Shown in pieces: positions 45,757-56,831 of a stretch of 64,000 nucleotides of DNA. Under the pieces are notes generated by a model. It did no database searches and was not told the origin of the DNA. It worked only from the letters and a program-made list of their open reading frames with translations. The stretch spans positions 1 through 64,000 of the forward strand of contig CAVUXE010000073.1 of assembly GCA_963745235.1 (NCBI GenBank), in the 5' to 3' direction. Source of the stretch: an uncultured Spirochaetota bacterium (GTDB lineage: Bacteria > Spirochaetota > Spirochaetia > SZUA-6 > Fen-1364). How positions within the stretch are numbered: position 1 is the stretch's first letter; every line of letters begins with the position of its first letter. A program made the position numbers and the translations under genes.

Positions 45757-45828
45757 CGATCAAAATGAATCAAAATCATTTTCGAAAAATCGATTTTGCT
45801 TGACAGGTGGCGAGCGGCAACGGATAAT
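45757..45828 (+). promoter_or_regulatory. ABC operon promoter with upstream direct repeats
   Basis: TTGACA-17-GATAAT (45800-45828); ATCAAAAT twice at 10-bp spacing (45759, 45769). Confidence 0.6.
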
Positions 45829-45866
45829 GAGCGGCATATCACCACAAGATCCCAAAGGAGGATGAT

Positions 45867-46995
45867 GTGAGAAAACTGTTCTTGTTCCTTGTTCCCGTTC
45901 TGATCCTGTCCGCATTGGCCCCTGCATTTGCCCAGGGCAAGACGTACAAGGTCGGAGTCATTCCCAAGTTCATCGCGGAGGACTACTTCATCGCATGTGA
46001 GCGCGGCTTCCGGCAGGCGGAGAAGGAGCTGGGCAACATCAAGGTCGACTGGATCGGAGATACGATGTCCCAGACATCGGCCGCCAACCAGAAGAACTAT
46101 ATCCAGAGCTTCATCGACAAGGGGTATGACGCCATCCTGGTGTCTGCGCTCGACCCGGAGAGCTATGCGGACACGCTCCGCGCCGCCCGGGCCAAAGGCA
46201 TCAAGGTCATCACCTGGGACGCGGATGTAAATCCGACTGCCCGGGACTTCTTCGTCAACCAGGTGGAAAGCGATCACATCGCCATCCAGCTCTTGAAGGG
46301 CCTGTCAGGGGACCTCAGCAAGTACACCCCTGCCAACAAGGCGACGGTGGCCATTGTTTCCACCACCAACGACTCCCCGAACCAGAACGCGTGGGTGAAG
46401 GCAATCGTCAACGAGTACACCAGCAAGAAGACGACCGACTACAAGCATCTGAACATCCTGGTCGCCCCTGACCAGATCGTGTACGCGGGAAATGACCAGG
46501 GCGCCGCTGAAGAAAAGGTCAAATCCCTCCTGAGCGCCAACAAGGGGCTCAAGGGCATCATCGCCCTGTCCTCCCTGACCGTCCCGGCGGTCTCCGCCGC
46601 CCGCGACCAGCTCGGCATCAGCGAGTCGATCAAAATCGTCGGAATCAGCGTTCCCGAGTCTTCGCGCAAGGACCTGGAGCAGGACAAGATTTCTTCCCTG
46701 GTTCTCTGGCAGCCGTTCGACCTGGGCTACCTGACGCTGTACGTCACGGAAGACGTCCTCAAGGGCAATCCGCCCAAGGGCCCGGTCTACAAGTCACCGC
46801 TCAGCGGCACCAACCAGATCACCAGCTTCATGGACGGGACGACGGTCATCAAGTATCCGGCCGCCGGCCACAAGATGATGGCGGACAACGTCATTATCCT
46901 CGGAGAGCCCATGGTGGTGAATTTCGAAGAACATCGATCGCTTCCGCGGCTATCCCAAGCTCGCAAGCGGAATGACTTTCTTCAAGCAGAAGTAG
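45867..46995 (+). CDS. Monosaccharide ABC substrate-binding protein (RhaS/LsrB-like), frameshift ~46920
   Basis: Signal peptide; IPK..YF, VITWDAD, PNQNAW, LWQPFDLGY. Confidence 0.85.
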
Positions 46996-47012
46996 CGAAC
47001 GCGTATCTCGAA

Positions 47013-47040
47013 GTCGGGCTTCCCGGAAGGGAAGCCCGAC
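47013..47040 (+). terminator. 12-bp perfect hairpin after SBP gene (stabiliser/attenuator)
   Basis: GTCGGGCTTCCC-GGAA-GGGAAGCCCGAC. Confidence 0.7.
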
Positions 47041-47098
47041 CGTTGTCTGGCTTCCCCGTTCATTTGACCGGATTCATACTCCGCTTTAGAATGGAACC

Positions 47099-48629
47099 GT
47101 GAACATGGCGAGTGAGTTTGCAGAGTCCGACATCGTGCTCCAGATCCAGGGCGTCACCAAGACGTTTCCTGGAGTGGTGGCTCTTTCCGGCATGACCATT
47201 GACCTGCGGCGGGCAGAAGTGCACGCGGTGTGCGGGGAGAACGGCGCCGGGCAAGTCCACCCTCATGAAGTTGATCACGGGCATCTACCAGCCTGATTCC
47301 GGCACCATGAAGCTGAACGGGAAGCTCCTGAAGCTCCATAATCCCAACGACGCATATGCAAAAGGCATTGCAATCATCTTCCAGGAAACAAGCCTTTTCC
47401 CGGAGCTTTCCGTCCTGGAAAACATCTTCATGGGCCACGAGATCAGGAAGCCGCTTCTCGGTTTCGCGGGCTTTGTCCAGATTCTCGACTACGAGGCCAT
47501 GCGGACCAAGGCGCGGGAGATATTTACGCGTCTTGGGATCGAGGTGGACCTGGAGGGCCGCGTTTCGGAGCTGGGCGTCGCGACAAAGCAGATCGTGGAG
47601 ATTGCCAAGGCCCTGTCGTTCGACTCCCGGATCCTCATCCTGGACGAGCCGACTGCGGCTTTGACCAGCAAGGAAGTGGACACGCTTTTCGAGACCATCA
47701 CGAAGCTGAAGGCCCACGGGGTCTCGATGCTCTACATCAGCCACCGCCTGGATGAGATCTTCCAGATTGCGGACCGGGTCACCGTCATACGGGACGGGGA
47801 GTACGTGCAGACAGAAGAGGTCTCCCGGGTCACCCGGGACCAGCTCGTTTCCTGGATGGTCGGGCGCACGCTGAGCAACCTCTATCCCAAGGAGGACGTG
47901 GACATCGGGGAGGTCGTGTTCGAGGCGCGCGGCATCCGGCAGGAAGGCGTCCTCAGGGACGTGAACCTCACGCTTCGCCGAGGGGAGATCCTCGGCCTCT
48001 CCGGACTGGCAGGCGCCGGTCGCACCGAGCTGGCGCTCGTCCTCTGCGGCCTGGCGCGGCCGGATGCCGGGGAGATCCTTATTGACGGCGCGCGGGTGCA
48101 TATTGCCGACTATCGATCCGCCATGGAGAAGGGGATCGTCTACATATCGGAGGACCGGCAGAAGTACGGCCTGGTGGTTCCCATGACCGTCCGGGAGAAT
48201 ATCACGCTGCCCCTTCTCCTGCGCCTTTCCGGCTTTCTCGGCATCATCGACACCGCCAGGGAAGTTGCAATCAGCCGGACGTACATCGAGAGCCTGTCCA
48301 TCAAGACGCCCGGCGGGGATTTCGTCGTGAACAACCTCTCCGGCGGCAATCAGCAGAAGGTATCCGTCGCGAAAGCGCTCGCCACGGGACCGCGGATCCT
48401 CATTCTTGACGAGCCGACCCGGGGCGTGGATGTCGGCGCGAAGAGCGAGATCCACCGCATCATCAGCACCCTGGCAAAGGAAGGGAAATCCATCATCATG
48501 ATCTCAAGCGACCTGCCGGAGATCCTCGGGATGAGTGACCGCGTGCTCGTCATGAAGAACGGCGCCGCGCAGGGGGAGCTCATGCGCGACCAGCTGAGCC
48601 AGGAAAAAGTCCTGCGGATGGCGCTGTGA
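47099..48629 (+). CDS. Sugar ABC ATP-binding protein (CUT2, two ABC domains), frameshift ~47250
   Basis: GENGAGKST (split), LDEPT twice, LSGGNQQK. Confidence 0.92.
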
Positions 48630-49613
48630 TGGAAGGGTCCCTGACACGGAAGCGCCGCGTCACGCGGGAGTTCACCCTGGGGGCGCTGGTCGCCGCCTAC
48701 ATCGTCTTTCTGGCGCTCACAACCGGCTTCGGCAGCACGTCGGGCCTTTTCAGCATGATGCTGGACGTGAGCCCGACCATCGTGGGGGCCATTGCGCTCT
48801 CGCTCATCATCTTCACGGGCAACATCGACATTTCGGCGGGGACAATCCTCGGCTTCGTCGGGTTCGTGGCCGCCATCCTCGCGAAGGCGGGACTGCCCAT
48901 CGTGGTGTGGCTGCCCGCGGGCCTGCTGACGGGCATGTTCCTTGCCGGACTCAACGGCTGGCTCAGCGTTACTTTCCGGGTGCCGACCATCGTCGTCACC
49001 CTCGCAATGAACATGGTCCACATCGGTTTCTACGTGACCTTTCTGCCCAACGCTGGCTGGGTGCTGAACCTGAGTGACTCCTTCACGGCCCTCGGCCAGG
49101 GAAGATTCTTCGGTCTGGTCCCCTACATCTTCGTGATCGCCGTGGCCGTTGCGGCCCTGCTCATCTGGGTCGTCAAGTACACGAGGTTCGGCAAGGCCCT
49201 CTACGCGGTGGGCGGCAACAGGCAGGCCTCCATCTATGCGGGAATCAATCCCGACAGGACGGTCCTTGTGGCCTTCCTGGTGGAGGGGTTGCTCCTGGGC
49301 GTTGCCGGGCATCCTGAAGGCCACCACGGCGAACAGGCTCATGCCCTCGGTCTTCCAGGGACGGGAGATGATCTTCATCGCGGCGGCCGTGGTCGGCGGC
49401 GTCAACATCATGGGCGGCTCAGGCAAGCTGCTCGGTGCCGTGTTCGGCGCGCTCCTCGTCTACCTGCTCAGCATCACGATGATCTACCTCGGGTTCCAGG
49501 ACTACTTCCAGTTCGCCCTCCAGGGAATCATCATCCTGATCGCGGTCTTCATCACCGTGACGGATTTCGGTCCCGCGCGGAAATTACTCAGGAAAGCCTT
49601 CCGGAGAGGATGA
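48629..49613 (+). CDS. Sugar ABC permease, frameshift ~49305
   Basis: GNIDIS, YAVGGN, AAVVGG.NI.GGSG. Confidence 0.88.
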
Positions 49614-49614
49614 T

Positions 49615-50622
49615 GTGAGAGACACAGGCATCATGTCGGACAACACACTGGGGCGGAGCACCCTGAGGGTCAGGGTCACCTACCAGGCCGCCCTCGGCCT
49701 CCTCCTTGTTGCGCTCATCGTTTTCTTCGGGCTCATCCAGCCCGTCTTCTTCCACCCCTCGGTCCTCTTCGACGCGACCTCCATCGTCGGTGAAATCGGC
49801 ATCATGGCCCTCGCCATGACGTTCATCATCACCACGGGCGGCATCGATCTCTCCGTGGGCTACATTCTCCAGCTCTCCGCCATCGTTTTTGGCGTTGTGC
49901 TCCAGGACACCCGGAGCCTGGCTCTGGCCATCCCGGCCGCCCTGGCCGCGGGCGCCTGCTGCGGCTTCATCAACGGGATCATCATCTCCCGGACAAGGAT
50001 CCCGCCCCTTGTTACAACGCTTGCGACAATGAACCTCTTTCGCGGTATTTCCTTCATCATCGCCGGGATCAACTCGTACACCGGCTTCCCGGAAGGGTTC
50101 AAGAAGATATCCACCTACCTCGTCCTGGGGGTCGTGCCCATCCAGTTCTTCTACTTCATTGTCCTTTTCATCTTCTTCCACCTGGTCTACGCCCGCGGCA
50201 GGCTGGGAAGAGACCTCAAGGGAATCGGTTTCAACGAGAACGTCCTCATCTTCTCCGGCATAAAGACGAAGCAGGTCCTGCTCTCCATTTACACTCTCTG
50301 CGGGCTCATGTGCGGCATCGCCGCCCTCATCTATCTGGGGAGGCTCTCCTCCGCAAAGACGAGCATGGGGAACGATCTCAACCTCCAGGTCATCACCGCG
50401 GTGGTCCTCGGCGGCACCTCGATCATGGGCGGCGTGGGCAGCGTGATCGGCACGTTCATCGGGGTGCTGATCATCGGCGTTCTCCGGAAAGGCTTTACGC
50501 TGATCGACTTCAGCGGCAACATCTTCAATTTTACCCTGGGGCTCATCCTCATTGTCGCGCTCATCGTTTTCGCCCTGCTGGAGGAGCGGAAGAAAAACGC
50601 GGGCAGAACCAACATCCAATGA
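49615..50622 (+). CDS. Sugar ABC permease
   Basis: GGIDLSVG, AVVLGGTSIMGG. Confidence 0.9.
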   Translation: MRDTGIMSDNTLGRSTLRVRVTYQAALGLLLVALIVFFGLIQPVFFHPSVLFDATSIVGEIGIMALAMTFIITTGGIDLSVGYILQLSAIVFGVVLQDTRSLALAIPAALAAGACCGFINGIIISRTRIPPLVTTLATMNLFRGISFIIAGINSYTGFPEGFKKISTYLVLGVVPIQFFYFIVLFIFFHLVYARGRLGRDLKGIGFNENVLIFSGIKTKQVLLSIYTLCGLMCGIAALIYLGRLSSAKTSMGNDLNLQVITAVVLGGTSIMGGVGSVIGTFIGVLIIGVLRKGFTLIDFSGNIFNFTLGLILIVALIVFALLEERKKNAGRTNIQ

Positions 50623-50635
50623 GTGACGGGCCTGA

Positions 50636-51403
50636 CTAGACCTGGACGATCTCGATCCCTCTCTCGCGCAGCGCCTTTATGATGGAAACGTTGGCCCGAC
50701 GGGACGTGATGATCCGGGTGGCTTTCTCCACGGGACACAGGATGAGGTGGCCCAACCTGCCGAACTTCGTCTCGTCCGCCAGTATGATGAGCTCTCGAGC
50801 GTGCGCTATCATGGCGCGCTCCATCTGGATGAGCAGCGGTTCCGAGTTCGTGAGGGCTGTTTCCGTGATGCCTTCGATTCCCATGAATGCCTTGTTCACA
50901 TTGTAGTTGGCAAAGGGGTCAGCGCTCAGGTTGTTCAGAATGAGCTGGGAGCTCGGGTTGACGGTCCCCTCCGGCACGATGACCGTGCACCGGGAATGCC
51001 GCACCAGGTGATCAGCGATGGCGAAGGAGTTCGTCACCACCGTCACGTTCATCGTCGCAAGGTACTCCGCCATGTGGAAGGTGGTGGAGCCCCCGTCTAT
51101 CATGATGGTCTCACCCGGCTCGATGAGCCCGCAGGCATGGCGGGCGATGCGGCGCTTTTTCTCCTGGTTGACGCTGACACGTCGCGCCAGGGGGGCCTCC
51201 GCCTGCAGAGGCGCTCCGCGCTCCTGGGCGATCTCCACGCCGCCGCGCACCCTGCGCAGCCGCTTTTCTTTTTCCAGCTCGATGAAATCGCGGCGGATGG
51301 TTGCCTCGGAAGCGCCCGTGGCTTCAACGATGTCGTGAATGCTTGCAAAGGTATGCAGGTCGAGCAGACGGAAGATGGTCTGTTTGCGTTCCCGTTCGAG
51401 CAT
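50636..51403 (-). CDS. DeoR/GlpR-family regulator (resembles rhizobial RhaR)
   Basis: SEATIRRD, RRVRGG, IDGGSTT, VVTNS, LADETKF. Confidence 0.92.
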   Translation of the reverse strand: MLERERKQTIFRLLDLHTFASIHDIVEATGASEATIRRDFIELEKEKRLRRVRGGVEIAQERGAPLQAEAPLARRVSVNQEKKRRIARHACGLIEPGETIMIDGGSTTFHMAEYLATMNVTVVTNSFAIADHLVRHSRCTVIVPEGTVNPSSQLILNNLSADPFANYNVNKAFMGIEGITETALTNSEPLLIQMERAMIAHARELIILADETKFGRLGHLILCPVEKATRIITSRRANVSIIKALRERGIEIVQV

Positions 51404-51510
51404 GCCCGACCTCCTCACATACGAATCATTATGCATGGCAATCGACAGAAAGCAATCGGAATCGATCCTTCATGATTGAAATCCAGCGAATTCCGTGCAA
51501 CCATCCGGGG

Positions 51511-52608
51511 ATGAAATCGAAAGAACGCGTTCTGCGCGCCTTCGGCCGTTCACCGGGCATGCCTGACAGGATGCCTCTCCAGTTCGATCTTTGCCGGACT
51601 CTCACCGAAGCATTTGCAAAGAGGCTCGGCATCGCGCCCGAGTATGCGATGTCCTACTACGAGGATCTCACCTATCGCATATCGGCGAACGGGATCCGCA
51701 CCGCGCTCGGCAGCGACTGCATCGTGGTGGGGGGCACGGTCCGATCGGGCTTTGTCCCCGAGCCGGTCGAAGGAGGAGCGGCCAGGAACGAGTTCGGGAT
51801 GCACATGAAGCCGACCGCGCTGTACGTGGAGGCGGTGAAATGTCCCCTGGAGTCCGCGGAGTCCAGGTCCGACATCGACTCCTACGCGTTCCCCGACCCC
51901 TCGGCCCCCGGCCGCTTCGATGCGGCGCGCAGGGACATCGATCGCTACGGCGAGGCGTTTTTCGTCATTGGTGACGTTGAGCTTTCGCTCTTCGAGCTTG
52001 CGTGGCACCTGACGGGGATGGAAAAGTACCTCATTGCGATGGCCATGGGTGAGGAGTGGGTGGACGCCGTGGATGAAAGCGTGGAACGCTGGACCACGGG
52101 ACTTGCCCTCCAACTGGTCCAGGCCGGAGTGGATGCGCTCTGGTTCGGGGAGGACCTCGGCAGCCAGACTTCCATGCTCATCTCCCCCGAGCTGTGGCGC
52201 TCCCGCTACAAGCCCCGCCACAAGCGGATCATAGAGGCCGTGAAGGCTGCGAATCCCGGGATCATCGTCATCATGCACTCGGACGGGGTGGTGGCACCGC
52301 TCATCGAGGACTTCATCCAGATCGGGGTGGAGGTCTACAACCCTGTTCAGCCCAACGTTCCAGGCTCGGATCCCGAGGAGCTCCAGCGGAAGTATGGGGG
52401 CCGCATCAGTTTCTTCGGCGGAATCGACCAGCAGTCCCTTCTGCCCGGCGGGGACAAGGCGGCCATCGCCTCCGAGCTCACCCGTCGGGCACATATCATG
52501 GGCTCCAAGGGCGGGTACCTGATGGCTCCCGCGCACATCATCCAGGCGGACGTCAGCGTCGAGACCGTGGAGCACATGATCTCGGTGGTGAAGGGAATCA
52601 GCTGCTGA
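51511..52608 (+). CDS. Uroporphyrinogen decarboxylase/MtaA-like family protein
   Basis: MKSKERV..PDRMP, GEDLGSQ..ISP, MHSDG, NPVQ, GGID.Q, APAHII. Confidence 0.85.
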   Translation: MKSKERVLRAFGRSPGMPDRMPLQFDLCRTLTEAFAKRLGIAPEYAMSYYEDLTYRISANGIRTALGSDCIVVGGTVRSGFVPEPVEGGAARNEFGMHMKPTALYVEAVKCPLESAESRSDIDSYAFPDPSAPGRFDAARRDIDRYGEAFFVIGDVELSLFELAWHLTGMEKYLIAMAMGEEWVDAVDESVERWTTGLALQLVQAGVDALWFGEDLGSQTSMLISPELWRSRYKPRHKRIIEAVKAANPGIIVIMHSDGVVAPLIEDFIQIGVEVYNPVQPNVPGSDPEELQRKYGGRISFFGGIDQQSLLPGGDKAAIASELTRRAHIMGSKGGYLMAPAHIIQADVSVETVEHMISVVKGISC

Positions 52609-52635
52609 CGGGCCGGAGCAAGGCCACGCGGTCTT

Positions 52636-53449
52636 CTACGCCGACGCAGGTTCGACCGGTGGCATTCCTGTCATCCTGGCCGACATCCGGGCCACGAGGC
52701 CCCGCGGAGCGTGACGGAGGAGGAAGGTCAGGAAGGGCTTCCCCACGACCGTCAGGGGGGGCGGGTTCACGCGCCTGGTGAGCCGCAGGACGCTGTGCGC
52801 AACCGTTCGTGGGGAGGGCGCGGCACCTATCATCGCGTCCCGCTTTTTCTTCACGCTCCTGACTGCCTCTGTGTAGGGAGACTTCTTCTTCATGATCAGC
52901 TCCTGGGGCAGGGTTGTTCGGACATACCAGGGAGCTATCACTGCAACCCTCACACCAGTGCCCGGCAAGCTCAATTCTGAGGCATTCCGTGAATGACCTG
53001 ACGGCGGCCTTGCTGGCAGAATAGAGTGAGGAAAAAGGTGAGGGTGCTTCGCTCCTGATGGAGCCGATGAACAGGATCATGCCGCTTCGTCGCTCTCGCA
53101 TTCCCGGAAGAAAAGCCTGCATCAGCGCAGCCGGACCGAAGAGGTTGACCTGGAAATGCTCACGCATCTTCCCCATGGGGATTTCTTCCGCCGGACCGAT
53201 GGGACTCTCCCCGGCGTTGTTCACAAGGAGGTCGACATCCCCGACGGCCTGGACGAGGGATTGGATGGTCTTCTCCTTCCCCAGGTCCAGGGGAAGATAG
53301 CGCACCCCCTTCACGCGGTCCCTGGCGGCAAGACCGCGCGGGCTCCTGCAGGTGCCGGTGACTTCCCAGCCTTCACCGACCAGGGCTGCGGCGATGGCGC
53401 GTCCGATTCCTCGGGAAGCGCCGGTGACAAGAGCTTTCCCGATGCTCAT
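52636..53449 (-). CDS. SDR family oxidoreductase, frameshift ~52965
   Basis: TGASRGIG, NNAG, YSASK; ATGA overlap with aminotransferase. Confidence 0.88.
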
Positions 53450-54855
53450 GCCAGGCAGTCCAGCAGGAAAGCGAACGCCGCAACCGCCGTGTCGTTGTCC
53501 CCCGACGAGTGGCTTGCGCTCACCATGTCCCTTCCGTTGCGGGTCAGGACGCCGCAACTGTGCACCATGAAGGAGTACTCTTCGAGGATCCCCCTGCGGA
53601 ACATGATCTCCTGCAGCGCATCCGGTCCGGTGATGGGGACGGCGTGAGGCGCGGTCATCTCGATGCGGATGATCCCGCCGAAATTGTAGGCGAAAAAGCC
53701 GGAGGCGCGCCCGCGAAAGAGCGAGTTGAGCTTGTCAACGTAGTCGGAGGCCGAGGTGAAAAGCCGGTCCATGACGCCGGGCTTCTCCAGCTCGACGAAG
53801 GTGTAATATGCCGCGGCTGCCGACAGGACGGTGCCGGGAAGCGTTCCCGCCAGGTAGGCAAAAGGCCGTCCGTCCGGGATCACCCCCGCGCTCGCTGTTT
53901 CCATCACATCCGCCCTGCCGCATACGGCGCCGCAGGACGGCCACCCGCTCATGAGCGCTTTTCCAAGTGTGGTGATGTCCGGCTTCACCCCCAGGGCTCC
54001 CTGGGCCCCCCCCAGCCCCATTCGCAGACCGGTGACTACTTCGTCGAAAACGTAGAGCGCCCCATGCCTGTGGGCGATCTCGATGGCCGCCTCGTGGAAA
54101 CCGTCAGCGAACGGGACCAGCCCTGACTCCCCGCCGACCGGTTCGCAGAAAATAGCGGCTATCCCTCCGTCGGCTGCGTTGTCCTCCAGCGCCTTTTCCA
54201 GCGCCTCCAGGTTGTTCGGCGGAATGAGGACGGTCAGGTCAAGGATCTCTCCCGGGATGCCCTGGGAGAGGAACCTGCCGCTTCCCGGGATCTCCATGTC
54301 CGTCATGAAGGTGTCGCTCCACCCGTGGTAACCGGCCATGAACTTGGCCACCTTCTTCTTTCCCGTGAACGACCTTGCAATCCGGGCCGCCGCCGCGTTG
54401 GCCTCCGTGCCGGAGGAGGTGAAGCGCACGCGCTGGACTCCGGGAAAGTGGCCTATGATCTTTTCCGCGGCCTTGATCTCCATTTCGTCGGAGAAGCCGT
54501 GGAACCAGGTCTTTTTTTCGATCACCTCCATCATGCTGCGCTTCAGGCCCTCGTGGTTGTGCCCCAGGATGATGGGTCCGCCCGCAAGGATATAGTCGAC
54601 GTATTCGTTCCCGTCCACGTCCCAGATCCTGCTCCCCTGGCCGCGCTCCATGAAAAGCGGGTAGGGAACGCTCGGGGCCCACGCATGCTCGCAGCCCCGG
54701 GGCAGCGTTTTCCCCGCCTTCTCGAAGAGGCGGGCGGATGCAGCGGTCCGGCCTTGGAACTCCTTGAGCGCTTTCTCCCTCTTCTCGGGGTCCAGCTTCC
54801 TGACAGGGCGCTCGGCGAGCGCCCGCGTGCGATCCACGATGTCCTGGTACTTCAT
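53446..54855 (-). CDS. Class III PLP aminotransferase (GSA aminomutase-like)
   Basis: DVDGNEYVD, SSGTEA, YHG, FDEVVTG, TLGKAL. Confidence 0.88.
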   Translation of the reverse strand: MKYQDIVDRTRALAERPVRKLDPEKREKALKEFQGRTAASARLFEKAGKTLPRGCEHAWAPSVPYPLFMERGQGSRIWDVDGNEYVDYILAGGPIILGHNHEGLKRSMMEVIEKKTWFHGFSDEMEIKAAEKIIGHFPGVQRVRFTSSGTEANAAAARIARSFTGKKKVAKFMAGYHGWSDTFMTDMEIPGSGRFLSQGIPGEILDLTVLIPPNNLEALEKALEDNAADGGIAAIFCEPVGGESGLVPFADGFHEAAIEIAHRHGALYVFDEVVTGLRMGLGGAQGALGVKPDITTLGKALMSGWPSCGAVCGRADVMETASAGVIPDGRPFAYLAGTLPGTVLSAAAAYYTFVELEKPGVMDRLFTSASDYVDKLNSLFRGRASGFFAYNFGGIIRIEMTAPHAVPITGPDALQEIMFRRGILEEYSFMVHSCGVLTRNGRDMVSASHSSGDNDTAVAAFAFLLDCLA

Positions 54856-54929
54856 ATGGGGCCCGAGTATAGGGGAACGGAGCCGTGCTTGCCAGTCCCG
54901 GCCGCCCGGGGCTACACTGCCGGCGCGCC

Positions 54930-56831
54930 ATGAACAGCAGCGAGCTTGAAGCACTTCTTGGAGACATCCGCCGGGTTCGTATCGGAGTGATCGGGGACTT
55001 CTGCCTGGATGTCTATTGGGAGCTGGATTCTTCCCTGTCGGAGATGTCCATCGAGACAGGGCTTCCTACCCGGGCGGTCCGCCTCCAGCGCCATTCTCTC
55101 GGCGGGGCCGGCAACGTTGCGAACAACCTCGTTGCCATGGGCGTTGGAAAGGTCAGCGCTTTCGGCCTCCTTGGCGATGACCCCTTCGGCAGGGAGATGC
55201 TGCGGCTCCTCCAGTCCGCCTGCGTCGACACGCGCGGCGTCGTTGTCTCCACCCATGAATGGGCGACTCCCGTCTACATCAAGCCAATCGAAGCCGGCAC
55301 GGAACAGGGGAGGATAGACTTCGGCGGCGCGAACCAGATGGGTTCCGCAGCTGTCGCATCTCTTCTCGAGGCTCTCACGGCTGAGCTGCGGAACCTCGAC
55401 CTCGTCATCGTCAACCAGCAGCTTCCCCACGGCATCCACACGGAAGAGCTTCGCCGCGGTCTGTGCGCGCTCATCGGCCGGTCATCAGTGCCATTCATCG
55501 TCGACAGCCGGGCTTTCAGTGATTCCTTCGACGGCGCAATCCGCAAGCTGAACGACCGCGAGGCGCTGCGGCTGTGCGGCACGCAATGGAGCCAGGACGG
55601 GCAGGTCCCGCGCGAAACGGCAGCTGCCGCGGCCGGGGCCCTCTTCGACAGGTGGGGCAAGCCTGTCTTTGTCACCCGGGGGGCGCGTGGAATCCTCGGG
55701 CGGGATGAGAGAGGCCTCTTCGAAGTTCCCGGTCTCCAGATAATCGGAAGGGTCGACACGGTGGGGGCAGGGGACAGCGCCCTGGCCGGCATTTCTTCAG
55801 CTCTCGCCGCCGGGCGCCGGTGCGAGGAGGCGGCAATCCTCGGGAACTTCGCGGCCGGGGTCACTGTTCGGAAGCTTTTCATCACGGGAACGGCCTCGCC
55901 CCAGGAGATTCTCACCCTGGGCGCGGACCCCGACTATGTTCTGCGGCCAGAGCTCGCGGAAGAACCGCGCTCCGCGATTCGTCACGCGGAGACGGATATC
56001 GAGATCGTTTCAGGGTTGCCCCGGATTCCCGCTTTCACGCATGCCATCCTCGATTTCGACGGCACTATTTCCACGCTTCGAGAGGGATGGGAAAAGATCA
56101 TGGCGCCGGTCATGATCCGCAGCATCCTCGGTGAGGCATGGCAGGGCGCCGCCGCGGATGTCTTCCAGGGAGTCGCAGAAAGAGTTCGGGCCTATATCGA
56201 TGCAACCACCGGCGTTCAAACCATCGTCCAGATGCAGGGGCTCGTGGAGATGGTGCGGGAGCTCGGCTTCGTCCCGGCCTCGCACAGGAAGGACGCGCGC
56301 GGCTACAAGGCAGATTACGACAGGGAGCTGCAGGCGATGGTGGGCGCAAGGATTGCGCTCCTTCATCGGGGCGATCTGTCAATCGACGACTTCATGATCA
56401 AGGGCGCGCTGCAGCTCCTCGAGGCCCTGCGCAGGGCGGGGATGCAGCTTTTCCTCGCAAGCGGCACTGATGAAAACCACGTCGTGCGGGAGGCGGAAGT
56501 GCTGGGAGTGGCACGGTTCTTTGGCGGGCGCATCGTGGGCTCTATCGGAGATCCGAAAATAGAGGCGAAGAAGGTCGTCCTGCAGCGGATTGCGGACACG
56601 GTGGGAGCGGAGGCGTTGTCCACGCTTGTCACTTTTGGCGATGGCCCCGTTGAGATCCGGGAAACGAAAAAGCGCGGAGGATACGCCATTGGCGTGGCAA
56701 GCGACGAGCCCCGCCGGTTCGGCTGGAACCTGGCAAAGCGAAGTCGCCTGATCCGCGCAGGATCAGACCTGGCAGTGCCGGATTTCCTCCAGTGGAAACC
56801 GCTCCTCGAGCTGCTCGGCATCCGCGCATGA
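54930..56831 (+). CDS. PfkB/RfaE-like kinase fused to HAD phosphatase
   Basis: GGAGNVA, DTVGAGD; DFDGT, SGT, FGDGPVE. Confidence 0.88.
   Translation: MNSSELEALLGDIRRVRIGVIGDFCLDVYWELDSSLSEMSIETGLPTRAVRLQRHSLGGAGNVANNLVAMGVGKVSAFGLLGDDPFGREMLRLLQSACVDTRGVVVSTHEWATPVYIKPIEAGTEQGRIDFGGANQMGSAAVASLLEALTAELRNLDLVIVNQQLPHGIHTEELRRGLCALIGRSSVPFIVDSRAFSDSFDGAIRKLNDREALRLCGTQWSQDGQVPRETAAAAAGALFDRWGKPVFVTRGARGILGRDERGLFEVPGLQIIGRVDTVGAGDSALAGISSALAAGRRCEEAAILGNFAAGVTVRKLFITGTASPQEILTLGADPDYVLRPELAEEPRSAIRHAETDIEIVSGLPRIPAFTHAILDFDGTISTLREGWEKIMAPVMIRSILGEAWQGAAADVFQGVAERVRAYIDATTGVQTIVQMQGLVEMVRELGFVPASHRKDARGYKADYDRELQAMVGARIALLHRGDLSIDDFMIKGALQLLEALRRAGMQLFLASGTDENHVVREAEVLGVARFFGGRIVGSIGDPKIEAKKVVLQRIADTVGAEALSTLVTFGDGPVEIRETKKRGGYAIGVASDEPRRFGWNLAKRSRLIRAGSDLAVPDFLQWKPLLELLGIRA

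Noticed and set aside
53446-54855. Calling the aminotransferase hemL
   Set aside because: Divergent N-terminus, no tetrapyrrole genes nearby, coupled to an SDR
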